DNA of 64,000 nucleotides, taken from Antedon mediterranea (Eukaryota > Animalia > Echinodermata). The notes beneath the pieces are model-generated. The model saw only the letters and a list, made by a program, of their open reading frames with translations, ran no database searches and had not been told where the DNA came from. Both the position numbers and the translations under genes were made by a program. Position 1 is the first letter of the stretch. Every line of letters starts with the position of its first letter. Below, piece by piece: positions 10,559-24,889 of the stretch. Where the stretch lies: NCBI RefSeq assembly GCF_964355755.1, contig NC_092670.1, positions 36,134,388 through 36,198,387 of the forward strand. Direction: 5' to 3'.

Positions 10559-12529
10559 AGCTCTTCGATTGTAGGCCTATCTAAAGGTCGATTGCCAACC
10601 TACTGTGAATATTTTTGTATTTTTATATAATGGGTATCAGTGGATATTAATTATCATTATTTGTACTTATTATTGTTACGCGTGTTTACCTTTCTTTACA
10701 ATTCAATACGATTTGTTCTCTTTAGTTTGAGTAATGATGTTTACCGCCCTCAGGAACGACAGACTTTGTGACAATCAATAAAGAAATAGAATCAGAAACA
10801 GCAAACTGCGTCAGTCTCAGTCTGGTCAGTCTTAACACATTTAAAACAAGTACATAAGATAATATGTTTTCATCACTCGTTTACTCGAGTTTCGAGTATT
10901 GAGGGCGGCTAACTAGAGGCTAGACGTTATTTCACTGTCTGTTACGATGCGCTGTTTTTGGACACATTTACCAAAACAATTTTCCTGTGCCCCGTAGTTA
11001 CATACTGTTATTATCAAAAATGTACAGTAGGCCTAATATAATCGATTTAATAGAAACAACTTGCCAGTTTTGCTAAACTAAATTTAAGAGTTAAGCTCTT
11101 GAAGTTAACATTTAAACATTTGTAATCAGAGAATGAACTCTTTTCTTGGATAAAGAAGTTCCATTTTCTTCAATGTAAATTAAATAAGTTTAATGTATTT
11201 TAAAGAATATCATGTCAATTATTTACGTAACGACAATGTTATGATTAATACGATACCTCTAACATTAAGAGAGTTTATGATTAGTATCCCCTTATAAGTT
11301 GAAATAAATATGTACCCGATCACGTGGTATACAAATCGCGTGCAAAGTTATGACATATGATAGTTTTCTTCAACGGCGTTTTAGCCGCTAGTTACGACGG
11401 TTTGGAAAGTAGATAGGCCTTTAAGTAAAAAATTGAGGGTTTGAGGCTCTGCGTCGCCGCCGTGATTTTTTACCCTGTCTAAAAGCCTACTTGGCCTAGT
11501 CTCATGTGAGTTTGGAATTATTAACGTTGGTTATTAAATTTGAGTTGAACATTTTCAGAAGCAAGATGAATTAACATAAGTGGACATGGAAACCCTAGTC
11601 ATCCTTAAGGTTTTTTTCATGTAAAGGTGTAACGAACTTCGCTGGATTTGTTTTAATATGCTATTATAATTTTACATAGTTATCCACTTTCACCAAAATT
11701 AGATCTAAAAAAATGATTTACCTGAAAAAACTGTAATTTAAATCAAAAAATACCTATTCAAAGTCTGATTTAAATGTCTTAATTTTTCATATTTTTAGGG
11801 GAAAATACATATTTAAAGCACCAGTTTACAATACAGACCTTACCTTCTTAAACAGTAGTGAAGTTGGCAATGCCTAAGATATAGGCCCACCGTATTATAG
11901 CCCAACGCATTATTTAGTAGGAAAAATGTTTTTAAAAATTATACAGAAGCATTATAAATGTTAGGCCTAGGACATTACTAAGGACGTGTACAAACGAAAA
12001 AAACAACTTTATTTCTCAAATTGTAATTCTTCGCCTATGGCAAATGATCGTCAACTTATGATGTTATTAAGTAGCCAATAATTATGATTATTAATAGTCG
12101 ATCACCACAGACGTTAGTAGTTGGAGGTCGTTGCTGATACAAATTCGGAGAACAGATTGAACATAATTTCATTTATTTTGAAGGTTAAAATAATATTTTG
12201 ACGACTTAAGGGGCCCACATAAGGTGTCCAATGAAATTGCGCCCCCTATTGAATTCAATAAGTTTACCTCATTACTGCGAATTATGTTGCAAGAAAAACA
12301 AGGTATATACATTCAACATTTTTATAAGCTTAAGGGTACGTCAGGAGAAATGAATTACAACAGAATACCACTGGTAAAATTCCAAAAAGACAAAGAAATG
12401 GCTTGTATGTGAAACACAATATGATTGATACTGAAAGTAAAACTGTGGAAAATAATCCAAATGTAACGGAGAAATTTAGAAACAAATTATTTCTAAAACA
12501 AAATTAACAGCTATGTATTCTAACGTAGT

Positions 12530-12655
12530 TTTTTAGTCGCGTGCAACGCGACTTTACAGCTCACTATGTCGGTCGATTGATCGGTCGGTTGGTCGGTCGG
12601 TCGGTAAACACTAACTTGAGCACGCGACTGCAGCCATGTATATGGCCTTGTTGTT
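12530..12655 (+). mobile_element. Helentron/DINE-like non-autonomous element family C (most complete copy)
   Basis: T-run, 5' self-complementary subterminal repeat AGTCGCGTGCAACGCGACT, (GGTC)n microsatellite, 3' subterminal repeat GCACGCGACT and terminal hairpin GCCATGTATATGGC then TT. This is the DINE-1/HINE layout. Confidence 0.7.
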
Positions 12656-14507
12656 TCATTTTTAAGACTTGGAAGTAAAAAATCGTGATAAAAATATATA
12701 ATAACAGAGTTAACCAGTTTATAACAGATAAACATTTGTTGTAATAATGCTAAATATTAGTATATTATGTATCATAAAGCCTACCATTTACCGTCTAAAG
12801 ATTGGTTCACTAAACACTAAATATAATAATACTTAGAGTTTTGGGTTAAAACTATGGGAGGCACCATACACTTTTAACCACAAACGCAAAATAGTTATAT
12901 AGATTAAACATTTAAACAAACCGTTGTACTGTACTTACTACAGAAGTACACAAAAATGATCACAATTTTTTTGAAAAACAATAAACAGAAATAAAATATA
13001 TATGATTTGATTTACATCGTTAAATATATAACCCCTGGGTAAGGACTAAAAACAAACTTGGAATGCAGACAAAAATCAAAACTCTATAGATTTCTGTCAT
13101 AATCAATAAACGTGATAATTCCATATTTGTATGGCGGTATAGAACACATCAATTGTATTATTAGTTTAACAAATTTTAACTCTATGCCGTGTCGGTGTTA
13201 TATAACCAACCTCGAACAATATTTTGTCTGTTCTGTGGTTCTCCATTTGCTTCTTCCCGACGTCGCTTGCGTGTATATTATGTTTCAGTCCTTTAGTTTA
13301 GGTACACTGTGATAATTGGTACAGAATGCTATAAATAATATCGTGAGCCTTGGTCCGTATCTGACACGAATCTGTTCAATCTGTTATAGTCTTTGGAATA
13401 TATTATTATTCACGTTTGACATTGATCTCACCCTCACCCCCGTTACCCTTCCCCCACCCACACCCACACCCATAAAAGAAGAACCTAAATAAGCACTTTC
13501 ACTTATAAATTACATAGCATTGTATTCCTTTAACAACATTATTGCCTTTTTCGTAGTATAGTTTGTAGCAGATGAGAAACTGTGAGAAAAGAGGAAATCA
13601 CAGAACGAATTTAAGAGCTTGCAATTACATACGACGAAAATATTTTTGTTTTGTATTGAATTCATATTATTCTACTATATTGATTGTTTTATATATTGAG
13701 TATTATACAACCTCTTGCAACTTGTATTATGCTATCGACAACATTTCGTGAGTTTTAGACGTTTCTCTAGCAACTGTGCTGTTGTTATCACGAGATTTGT
13801 TTAAGGCATGGCGGTGGTAAGTTTCTACAGGCTAGCACCTCCTCACAGCTGTACCCAGACCCCTGGAAATGAAACACCTGAACTTGAAAAGAACGGAAAT
13901 CAGGGGTACAATGATCCACCTACGACAGCGAAAGGATACAGGGTGAACAATAGCCTAGACCATCTGCCAAGTTGACAATCTTTAATAATGGCAAATTGTA
14001 TTGAATCGATAGATGAACACGTTATAATTCAACATGGACACATCTGTTATCTTAGAAGGGCTGTAGCGCGCTGAGATGAAATATTCTAAATTTGATTGTG
14101 TTAAAGATTATAACTAGTAATAACATTGCATAAATAGATTCGATAAAAAAAATACATGATGACACAACAGGATATGTCTTAGTAGGCGGGGCACACTAAT
14201 GGAACGGATTGCAGGGCTAAACATATTAATTAGTTTATTTGATTGGTATGCGGCAACTATAATTATATTATCTATCAAGACAATTTATTAGATTATATTG
14301 TGATTTGAAATCTAGAAGGTACAATGTTATTACAATAAAGTTTCTATGCATAACTTGGTTATACTGTAAAAAAAAGTTTTAGATACAGCTAATAAAAAAT
14401 AGGTAGAAAAGAAATATTAATATAAAATTTACAAAAATACATATTACAATAATTTTAAAAATACAATTTTTAGCACAATTTGATTAACCAAGAGTATAAA
14501 ACATGAG

Positions 14508-14602
14508 ACATATACATGGCTGCAGTCGTGAGCTCAAATTTGAGTTAGTGTTTACCGACCGACCAACCTACCATCTGACCAAACGACCAATATAGTGGGC
14601 TA
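14508..14602 (-). mobile_element. Helentron/DINE-like family C copy (reverse orientation)
   Basis: catatacatggctgcagtcgtgagctcaa..gttagtgtttaccgaccgaccaacc..atagtgggcta is the reverse complement of family C. Confidence 0.6.
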
Positions 14603-15721
14603 AAGGCTATTTATTTGTTAGTCCATTTATGATGAAAATATTAGAAAAATAACGTAATTGTATACACGATTAGTATATTATTTTAAAAAGATAAACACAT
14701 AACATTAAGTTTTTTTCAAACTTAATTTGAATAAAGATTATAAAAAATGATTATATATAGAAATGCCATTCTGAAACAAATAAACAGAAGACATTTTTAG
14801 TATAAACTTGAATGTTCTCGAGAAATAATATTTATTTATTTCAACATGATACACAGGTTCAATATGTTACAATAAGTCACTATCAAGCTTCGGGCGTATG
14901 TAATAATACTGTCCAAAGTGCTCCAGACTTTCTATCATCCAGCCATCATATGGAATTACCCATCATGCCAAGAACCTTTAGGCAAAACGGCTTAAATTCG
15001 CTAAACCTATAAATATATTCTATAAACAATTGATATCTTTGTTGATCTGACGCCAAAAATGTGTGTCTAAAGATCACTAAATCCTTTTAGCGGTTATTTT
15101 TAGAATGTAACAATATAATAGGCGTAGTCGGGCAATATTCATATTATTATTACACAGTGTTCTACTGTTTGTTGTTTCAGGCCCAATGCTGGAAAATATG
15201 TCTAACTGGACTTGTGCCACTACGTTGATGTCGATTAACATCAAATAATGTTTTGCAAGGATCTCTAGGCTCACATCTAATGTGTGATGTTTAACCTAGG
15301 GATACATACAATCTCTTCAAATTATTTTCTTTAGTACATCGTCTGAAGGAATGTTGCGGTGGTATTTGTACGAAAGGAAAGCAATAAAGAAAACCAAAGA
15401 TAAAAAAATAGTTTAAAATGTTATAATTTAGTGTATTTTTTACTTATATTTATTTTATTGTTTATATAATTTATAATGGTTTTCTTTTAACATTTTCAAA
15501 AAAAAGTTTACTATTATTATTTGCATATTTTTATTTCATAATGCTCTGTTTTTTTTTCTAAACTTGTTTTTTCCTTTATGTTTATCTTATTTTAAATGTC
15601 TATTTTATTGTTATTGTTGTGTATTTATTTGTTTTATTTTGACCAAAAAAACATGAATGCCTATTATGTAGATTTTGGCGTAATACTCGATTTCAAACAT
15701 ATGTAAAAACAATTCCTAAAC

Positions 15722-15880
15722 CCTGTCTACACTATCAAACTATATGTTACCAAAAAATATGATGTGCCCGTATATAGACATGATGATGTCATATCACTAC
15801 CATATTTAAGCATATCACTACCATAGTTGGCCATGGGAACATCACACTTTTTTGTCGAACTAGTTTGATAGTGTAGATAG
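15722..15880. mobile_element. MITE family B copy
   Basis: CTGTCTACACTATCAAACT...AGTTTGATAGTGTAGA inverted termini with the gatgtgccc/atatcactaccata interior. Confidence 0.75.
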
Positions 15881-18800
15881 ATCAATACAACTCTGATTAT
15901 AAACAAGTCCTCATCTAAACTACACAAAAGAACAAAACAAAATGTTTAATACAGGAGTGACATCATTTATATCTCAGATCTAAAATAATGAAACAGGAAT
16001 CATCGTCTACATACAGTGCACTAGTCACAGCTGTAACCACGACTACAACACCAAACGCAACAGTCCGTTTTAACATCTCAACAAGTCAAAGATTTTAACG
16101 AACAAGGCCTAAAGGACCAGAGTTGAACCGCACGAAAACAAAATGATTAAAAAATGGGAAAAAAATATTATGTATGCAAGATACTAGTGATATGAAATAT
16201 AAAAATATCATACAGGGGATGCTACTGCTTGTAACTGTGTCAGAAACGTTTGAGTGACAACACGAATGCAATAACAAGGCACGTCCAACACGATAACTTG
16301 AAACATCATGTTGACACATGATAGTGGTAAACGCGTTTTAATTCTGAGCTTCATAAAATAAAATGAGGCCAAATTATCATGAAAGAGAAGTTTAAAGGCT
16401 CCATTATTAGACCACTGTTAGCGTCCGCGTTGGGACACAGCTATTTTTCTCGGGGCATGAATCACATGTCACAGCAACGTATCGTTCTCTTTTGATGACA
16501 ACACGCAATGCATGTTCCTTGCTTTTTTCGACAGGTGAGTTAAGGGAGTTTAATGTCATTGTTATGCTGTTGGGACACTTTATATGTTAGAGATCAATAT
16601 CGAGTAGCTAGAATGTGACATTGTATATCACACACTGATTAAAGTTAAAACATTCTATGTAACCGAATAGCAATGGCACGGTCCATAATTGAATGCTGTA
16701 CTTTACTTACATTATACAAACCACGGAGAAGGATCAACCAATGAATTCGCAAATGGGGCACCTGGATCGAAGGATATTTCCATTTACAATTTATTTAATT
16801 TTTCTTACAAAAAGTATACTATTGCTGATATTGTCTTAGGCTTGCTCCAAGTCTGTATTTATTGTCTTTTTTATGTCATTCCACACGTCGTCGTTTTGAT
16901 TTTTGTCTGAAAATACAAACCCTAATACACGTATGAAACGCCATATGTGCAAAAATATTTATATTTTTACTAATATTAAGACAAAACTCCGTCTGGAGCC
17001 CAAACTAATATTGTCTTTTTAATTTAATCTTTGCATTTCGACTTTAAATATATATTGTCCACGAACATTTTGGGGTTTTTTCACATTTTTGTTGTTGAAT
17101 ATGTCATTTTAATGTCACGTAATAGTTATTCACTTTTATTTACAGAAGTGAATAACTTTATTAAAACTGAAAAATGGCCTATTTAAATTCTGATTTTATT
17201 AATCTTGGTTTTTTTTCATGTTTAAAACATCTTTGAAGTACAAGTCACCGTCCTATCAGGGTGTTATTCTCATAATCATATTGATAATCACTAAAATAAA
17301 GTTTTAAAATAACAATTTAAAAAAAAATGTTGTCTTCAATAGTAAATTATATAATTTCTATGAACAAATTAGGTTCATTAAAACATAAGTTTGTATTGTT
17401 ATGTTTTTATTGTATTCGTTGTAAGTCTACATTACGCAGCATATTACCTACCAAGGTCTCAATTTGTATAATGCCTTTAATTATCACTAATCATACAACT
17501 TAATTTGAAATGTATGCCAACATAAATATTATCTAAATCCTTCGCTGATAATTATTATGATTATATAAAAATTATTAAAATTGTAATATAATATTTCTTA
17601 TTGACTTTGACAGCACCATAGGTAGCTAATTAATATTCTAGGCAAAAGAAATAATTTGAATTTTATAATGTACAAATTAGGGTTTTATCCAAACAATTCG
17701 GCTCCATTGCACTCATTAAATTTATTGGTAGGCCTCTGGGGATATGTGACACCTGCCCCAGACAAGGACCTTAGGTCAAATGTCAATGACTCGTTTATGA
17801 TATAATTTTGAAATTTCATGTTACAGATTTGGTGAAAAAAAAGTCACGTCACGGCCAGCGACTTACTTCGATATGTTAATTGGGTTATCTAAAGAAAAGA
17901 ATACAGTGTTAACACATTTTTGCTATATGTTATATGCAGATTGAATAAGTAAACATATAGTAGCAGGCCTAGTAATCTCGATCATTATTGACTATGTTAC
18001 ATTTAGGGATATTAGAGCTTAAAATTGAAAAGGGAGATGGGAAGGCTTAGAAAGATATAAGAGATATGTATAAAAGAACATTGGATGAATTTCATTTTAT
18101 TTTACAATGTACATTTTATAATGATTTAAGAAACAAATTTATTAAAAGATTTATACATCTTTATCCTTCTATTAACAAGTTATGTTTATCCCTTTCAAAC
18201 ACAAACTTTACTTATCAAATCTACGTTTCGTGTCATTTGAGATAGATGAGGTAGGTATCAAAGGCGGAGATTTGTCCCGAAGTTTTTCCATTGTGCTCGC
18301 CTTTGTCAGAATTAAGCATAATTTATATATAGATACGTCTACTTTGCTCTTGAAAGAAGAAATTATTAACTTAAGTTATTAGTCCATGTTTTGTATTAGG
18401 GTCAATGACCCATTATAGGCCTATACATGAATTGAATAAATTCCCTGAAAAGGGAAAGAAGAAGAATAATGACCTATACTTTTGTACAAATTATTTAATT
18501 ACAATCTGCCATCTTTAAAAACATCGTGGTCACCAATGAAGTTAAATATCTTCAACCGACATTATAGCTGCTGTTTTCACAAGTACCTTATGGATGTACC
18601 TTATGGACTCATTGATTCACAGAACCGTTCCTAATATTCGTAGTAAACTGCGGGCGATATACCAAACGCGTATCGAATGCATATCAAATATCGCGTTATA
18701 ATTGGTCATAATTCTGTAAACAGTTGAAATATAAATACGATTACTAAATAAATACAATTGCGTAACATTTGCATTTATTGTGGTTAGGGGTTCGCATTTC

Positions 18801-21800
18801 CATGAAGGTTTTTATCATGTCATTGCTAGCTGTGATATCATTCCTCGTTATTTGCGCGTAGGCCTAGCCCTGTGAAAGCCTCTCATCGACTGCTCTTTCT
18901 GTTTATCATAAGTAAAATCATTTGGGTTTGCGTGATATCCTGTAGTCATACAAAAGACAAATTGCTGGGGCACCAACATGTCGTAACAATGGTTGAACGT
19001 CCTCCTTGTAGACAACCAATCCAATTTATTACGACCACAATGAAAAGAACTCCCGCTAAACAAGGGTTAAACGACAGGTGTGATCCAAATCTCTACCCGT
19101 TGTCTATGAATACTCTGAAAACATTGGCAAAATAGAAAACGATGGACAATTACGAACCAATTTGTTTCAAATCTATCCCATTTTTGGTTGCGATATTTTC
19201 CAAGGACGTTTTTGGCAATTGTCCACAAAAATTAAGATAAAAAACGACGGACAATCAACACAGCCTTCTAGGAGATAGTTCAAAAGAAGCAATAGCAACA
19301 ATAGATTAATTGTTTCATTCCAAATATTTCAAATCAGTAATTTGTTCTGTAAATGAATTTACAGAAACTTTATATGAAAGTTTTCTACGGTGCTTCCATT
19401 TCTATTGAACACTCTAGATATTTCTGTAAAATAACATGATGCCTAAAAGTTGTGAATTATCATTTTCTGTACTGTTCTTAAATATTACATTCTTAATGTT
19501 CTACTATAGGTATTTATAGGAAGACTTCATCTCCAATAAATGTATAGAGAGAGAGAGTTTTTTAAATTAATTGGATAAACACAGATTATACTATGAAATA
19601 ATTAACAATGTTATTCTTATATTCTAGAATTATATATTCTTTTTTTTTTTCTTTCCTTATACTATTATATATAAAATGCAATGGTAGGAGTGAGATATCA
19701 GATGTACTGAAAGTTATTGAATGTCAGTTATATTGTATTGTATTGTATCATTACATTACTCATGTGCAATGCATTGTAAACGAGCATTTTATTGATGAAG
19801 AAATAAAAGTTGGTCGATCTTACATAAGACAAAAAAAAGTGTTATTCTTATATACAGGTATGAATAACAGTATTCAAATTGAAATAATTTAATGACATTT
19901 TTTCCGTTATATTGGCGAATGTATTCTCTAAATGAGTATTAACTCACAAAACATTTTATATATTTTTATGAGACATTCAAAGAAATAATTCAATATGTTT
20001 TTATGTGCTTATATAAAAAAACAATAACTATTAAATCTTCAATTAAGATTAAAAAAAGGAAAAGCCTAGTAATAAAAAAGTATCTTTAAATACAAATTAT
20101 AAATTAATCAGAAAGATCTTGTTACCGGAAACAATGATTTGAAAGATAACACAATTTACAAGTTAACTGATAATAAATGTGACTTAGTTTAAATACAAAA
20201 CGACATCATAATGAGTCGGAAAGACTCTTTACCAAACAGGTCACATATTTTCTTTCTCTGAACTTAGACATTAGTTATGGATAGCTATGAACTGGCTATG
20301 AGGTTTAGAAACTTAATATTCCCGGCACAGTGTAATGCTTAAAGCCTTTCTCGGTGGAGGTAGAGTAAACAGCATGAACTTAGCTAGCCCAGGCCGACGT
20401 ATTCAACTTCGATATACAACACGGTAGTTATATCATTACCGTGTCAAACTAAACCCTCCGTTGTTTTTGGAACACACCAATGCCTCCTAAATGCTCTTCA
20501 CGCTAGGAACACTGCTTTATAAAATTCAATTTTTAACTTTGTGAGATATGATTCGGTTACTTACGTCAGTAAAATAATTCTGTACAATACTGCATGCTAG
20601 GTTTTCGCAGATATAACTATATTTCTATGTAGATTTAACTAATTCAGTTTAATGAGTGACGTATGTATTTAATGTACGCATGTATCAATGACCGGTCACT
20701 TAGATTGTAAACGAACCTGGAACTAAAATGCACTTTTTATTTTACTGCAGTTACTGCAGCTCTTATACAAGAGCGTGTACATGTAATAACACAAATAAAA
20801 AACATCTGCGTAAACAATTTAAAAACTATGAACAATTTTTAAGAAATAAAGAAACAATTGCGGAATATTTTACTGTAGTTTCTAATAATGTCAGTTTAAT
20901 GAGTAAATTTAATTAGTAAAAATAATTAATTTGGTTTGTTACTAAACTCTTCGATTTTTAAATTATTCATTATTATTAATGAGTAGTACATCTACTTATG
21001 GTTTCATGCAAAGTATGTTGAAGAGTGGTAACATCCTTGTTGCTTGTGTTTGCAAACATATGATCCATAACTCCCAAATGTATTGCTGATGGAGAAGCAT
21101 TCTATATACGATTTTTCTGTTTATAAGTTTATTAACATGGATGATATTTCCGAAATGAAAAGAAATTGAATTGAATTGAAATTGAATTATTCAACTGAAA
21201 AAAGGGACGCAGTAAAAGAATTTCCTAAAAAAAAGATTCATAATGGATTGTTTAAAAACTTTTTCTACACTATCAAACTTTATGAGACAAAAAATGGTTT
21301 TTAAATAGTCACTTTTCAATTATAATAAAATAAAATAAAACAATAATAATAAACAATGCATATAGAGTTCTCAATATAAAAGATTTAAAAAAAGGAAAGT
21401 TTTAGTAATAAAACAAATTTTATAAATTGCTAAACCAAACAAACCATCTCAAGCATTCAAAATCAATCGAACATTGTATTTCAGTCATTTAATCGTCCAT
21501 TTCAGTTCTCAAACACCCGGGGTGAAAATACCCGAAAATGGAAGATAGACCCTTTAATTCCATCCGGGGTTGTCACGTCTCAAAGCTGGAATATTTGTGA
21601 CGTCGTGGTATTCGCAAACGCTTAAACAATACATAGGTTGTATTAGGAACTTACCTACGGCATTCCAGTCATATTTTGGAGCAAGAATGAAGAATGAAGG
21701 AATCTTTTTATATTTATCTTATTATATTATTTAAAGAATACATAGCAGGGATATACTTGACATGTTTTTTATCTATTTTTTCTATGTTATATCAATACCA

Positions 21801-21902
21801 TGAAGGAATCCATGGTAATTACTGTATATCAATTCATGATCATACAACCACATTTTCTTTTTGCATTCTCATTTGTACAGATAATTCTCTTAAGTAGGCT
21901 AT

Positions 21903-22190
21903 AGTGGGGAACCAATGTTCCAAATATCAATTCCATGAAATTTTAATGCTCAAGTTGAGTTCTTGGCAGTTTTGGAATCTTTAGGACTAGTAGAATTCAT
22001 TGCAACTGGGGGCCAATTTTTCCCATCCTATTTTGGCCGCCATCTTGGATTTCAAAATGGCCCCCATTTTTTACACAAAACTGATAGGCCTATTAGCTCC
22101 TATTTTAAACCAGCTGATACGAACGTAATTAATTTGAAAAATCTTACAATATTATTATAAATTGTACAATTTATAAAAATAGCATATAGC
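21903..22190. repeat. Dispersed repeat family D (copy 2)
   Basis: Collinear with 7254-7520; contains GGCCGCCATCTTGGATTTCAAAATGGC. Confidence 0.7.
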
Positions 22191-23307
22191 TGAGACAGAG
22201 TGACCGGCCTATTTATTATATGGTCATTCCTTGCCATTGTGTGTTTTGTATTTTGTTGATGGCTAAATGAAATGAACAAGATCTGTTTAAACTGTATACA
22301 ATTGATTTAATTTAGAAATTTGTAATAACAATTGTGACAATGTATTTGTTGAAATATTATACGTCCGCGGCTTGACTCATTAGTTTTATCACTGACTCAG
22401 TTAACAACGAACCTATTTTAATACATTGAAAATCCGGTTCTGGTGATGATGGTATAATACGGAATGTCTAGTTCTGTTGTGCCTGAGGAAATGGTGTCAG
22501 GCAATTCAACATTGTGACTTAATATCCATTTAAAAATTGTGTTTAATCTAGTTGTGGATGATCAATATCGAATGTAAGGAAGGGTTAATAATGATGGAAT
22601 GAGATGACCAGGAATACTAAGGTGTAAGAATTAATGCAGATGGATAGCGAACAGAAACCTCTACATATTTTAAACTTAACCCTATCACAGAGTATCTAAT
22701 ATAGGCCCTAAATTCTTTAAGAATGAGCCCGTGAAAGAAAAAAAATACATTAAGAAGTAGTAATACTAATAAATGTAGTCTTATTATAGCGCCTAGTACA
22801 ATGTTTGTAAGCGCTATGCACACACAAAATGATCCATAATATAGATAACGAAGAAAAATAAGAAAAGCATAGGAACCATTCAGACCACTCCGTTCTCCGG
22901 TACTTTCAAGCTCTCATATGAGAGCTCGCCGGAACTGTGCTCACATGAGCTCGAGTGAAAAAGGCATCTGTCTATCCTATCTCACCAAAATAAGATGTAA
23001 AAATATTCACTCGTTTTATATTGTGTATAAGAAAAGACTTCCTACAATATTAGATGTACATTGTAGAGGTTTTAAGATAATCTACAAAAACGAAAAGCAT
23101 AATGATATAAAATATAAAAAACAATGAGTAGACAGCTATACAACACTTGACAATTTAGACGGTACAGATTCCAAATATTCATAAGCGAGAAAGCACCACC
23201 TGCCGTGAAATGACTGTGTCAGAGAGCTGACTAAAGCATCATTTAGGTGAAAGTGCTACCTTACAATGCGTCGGTCGCCCAATTCCAACCATCTCAGCAG
23301 GTCTCTG

Positions 23308-23534
23308 TTACGTCACGAAATATCGAATAGATAAACACCATGCGAGTATATAAGAAATTCCTACATTTTTTACTTCGACATTGATTGGAAGACAACGGAA
23401 GAACACGGACTTAACGCAAATAAAAAACAACACAGTTTCTTCTTCTTCTTGTCTTTTAGAATTGTTTTCGCAAACAAAGAGGAAAGTTGGATTGCGCAAT
23501 TATAGGGTCTGCTGTACCTACATTTTATAAATCA
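23308..23534 (+). promoter_or_regulatory. Putative core promoter and non-coding first exon of ZP paralog B
   Basis: TTACGTCA (23308-23315), TATATAAG (23347-23354) and a strong donor CA|GTAAGT at 23534/23535. The acceptor at 24881 lies 8 nt before the ATG. Inferred. Confidence 0.5.
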
Positions 23535-24889
23535 GTAAGTATATCAACTTTTTTTATCATTAAACTTTTATCAAAGTTTTGAAAAAGAACCATTTTCAGC
23601 AATAATCGAAAGAATATTTTAAACTGTAAACTGTATTCATAGAGACATTTGGAAACTAAACATATTTATAATTTCAAATAATGAAAGTAAATTTAACATA
23701 ATGTGTATTCCTATGTGCACCAATTTGTTTACTTTTTTTTACAAAAGAATACGAATTTCTATCGATGCACTGTATGTTACCCTTAATCTTCTAAACTTAC
23801 CAGCTAAACAATATTTATTCTATTTTACCTTGTATTTATTTACTGGTATACTTCACAATATATACATATATATACATAAATTAAGTTTCTATATTATATA
23901 TTTTTTTAAATAAAATAAAAACTATACAATATTAGGTTTTTTTAAAGAAAAATAATATTTCCTTACATATTGTATTATTAGTTCTAAGTCTTTCTGAACT
24001 ACCAGTATCTTTATTCCATTCTACCTTGTATAAATGTATTAAATTATGACTACCATACTACTTCACATTATATCCCTAAAACATAAATGCATTTTCTATA
24101 TTTTATTTTGAATTAAAAAAAACTATAGGCCTACACAAGAAAATAATTGTTTGTCACTTTTCACGATAATTGGCTTGTCATGTTATGTATTATTGAAGTG
24201 AAATATCGAAATGTTCACACTAAGATAGTTGCTTCAAACCGTGAAATGCACTCAGATCGTGACTCTACGTGTTGTTAGTTTCTTAGTACTTTCTTCCCTG
24301 TTGGGATTCAATGTACAAACTCCAGACTGTCTTTGTTGAACGTTTTTCCAACTAATTGGAAATCTTGATTTATATTTATGATATGAAGATTCTGATTTTG
24401 AAGTCGTTTAAATTATTTAGCAATTAGTAAACAAGCTTAGATATGTAAATGAACATTGTAATCTTAGATATAATTTAATAATACATTATATATTTTAATA
24501 TTTATTTATAATACAGTTTTGTGTACTGTATATTGATAAATAATTGTAGTTAAGTGTAGTTCTTCTGGTGACAACGACATATCATGTTATGGTGACTCTG
24601 TTGCTTTTGGGGTCCCAGGACGTGACATGATGTCGAAGAAATAATGAAATGAACATGAATGAAATTAGTTCCATTACGTATTTACTTTTTAAAAATTGTT
24701 TCTATGTAAATATTATTTAAAGATGTGTACATATGTAAAATATAATGCAATGTAAAATTAATACTAACTATTAATAACTAAAATCGAATACTGCATTTCT
24801 CACCACAAAAATAACAATAAATACTCAATATAGTCCTATTCAAATGCAATGCTATTTTTTATTTTTTGTTTTTGTTTATAGGTTATAAG

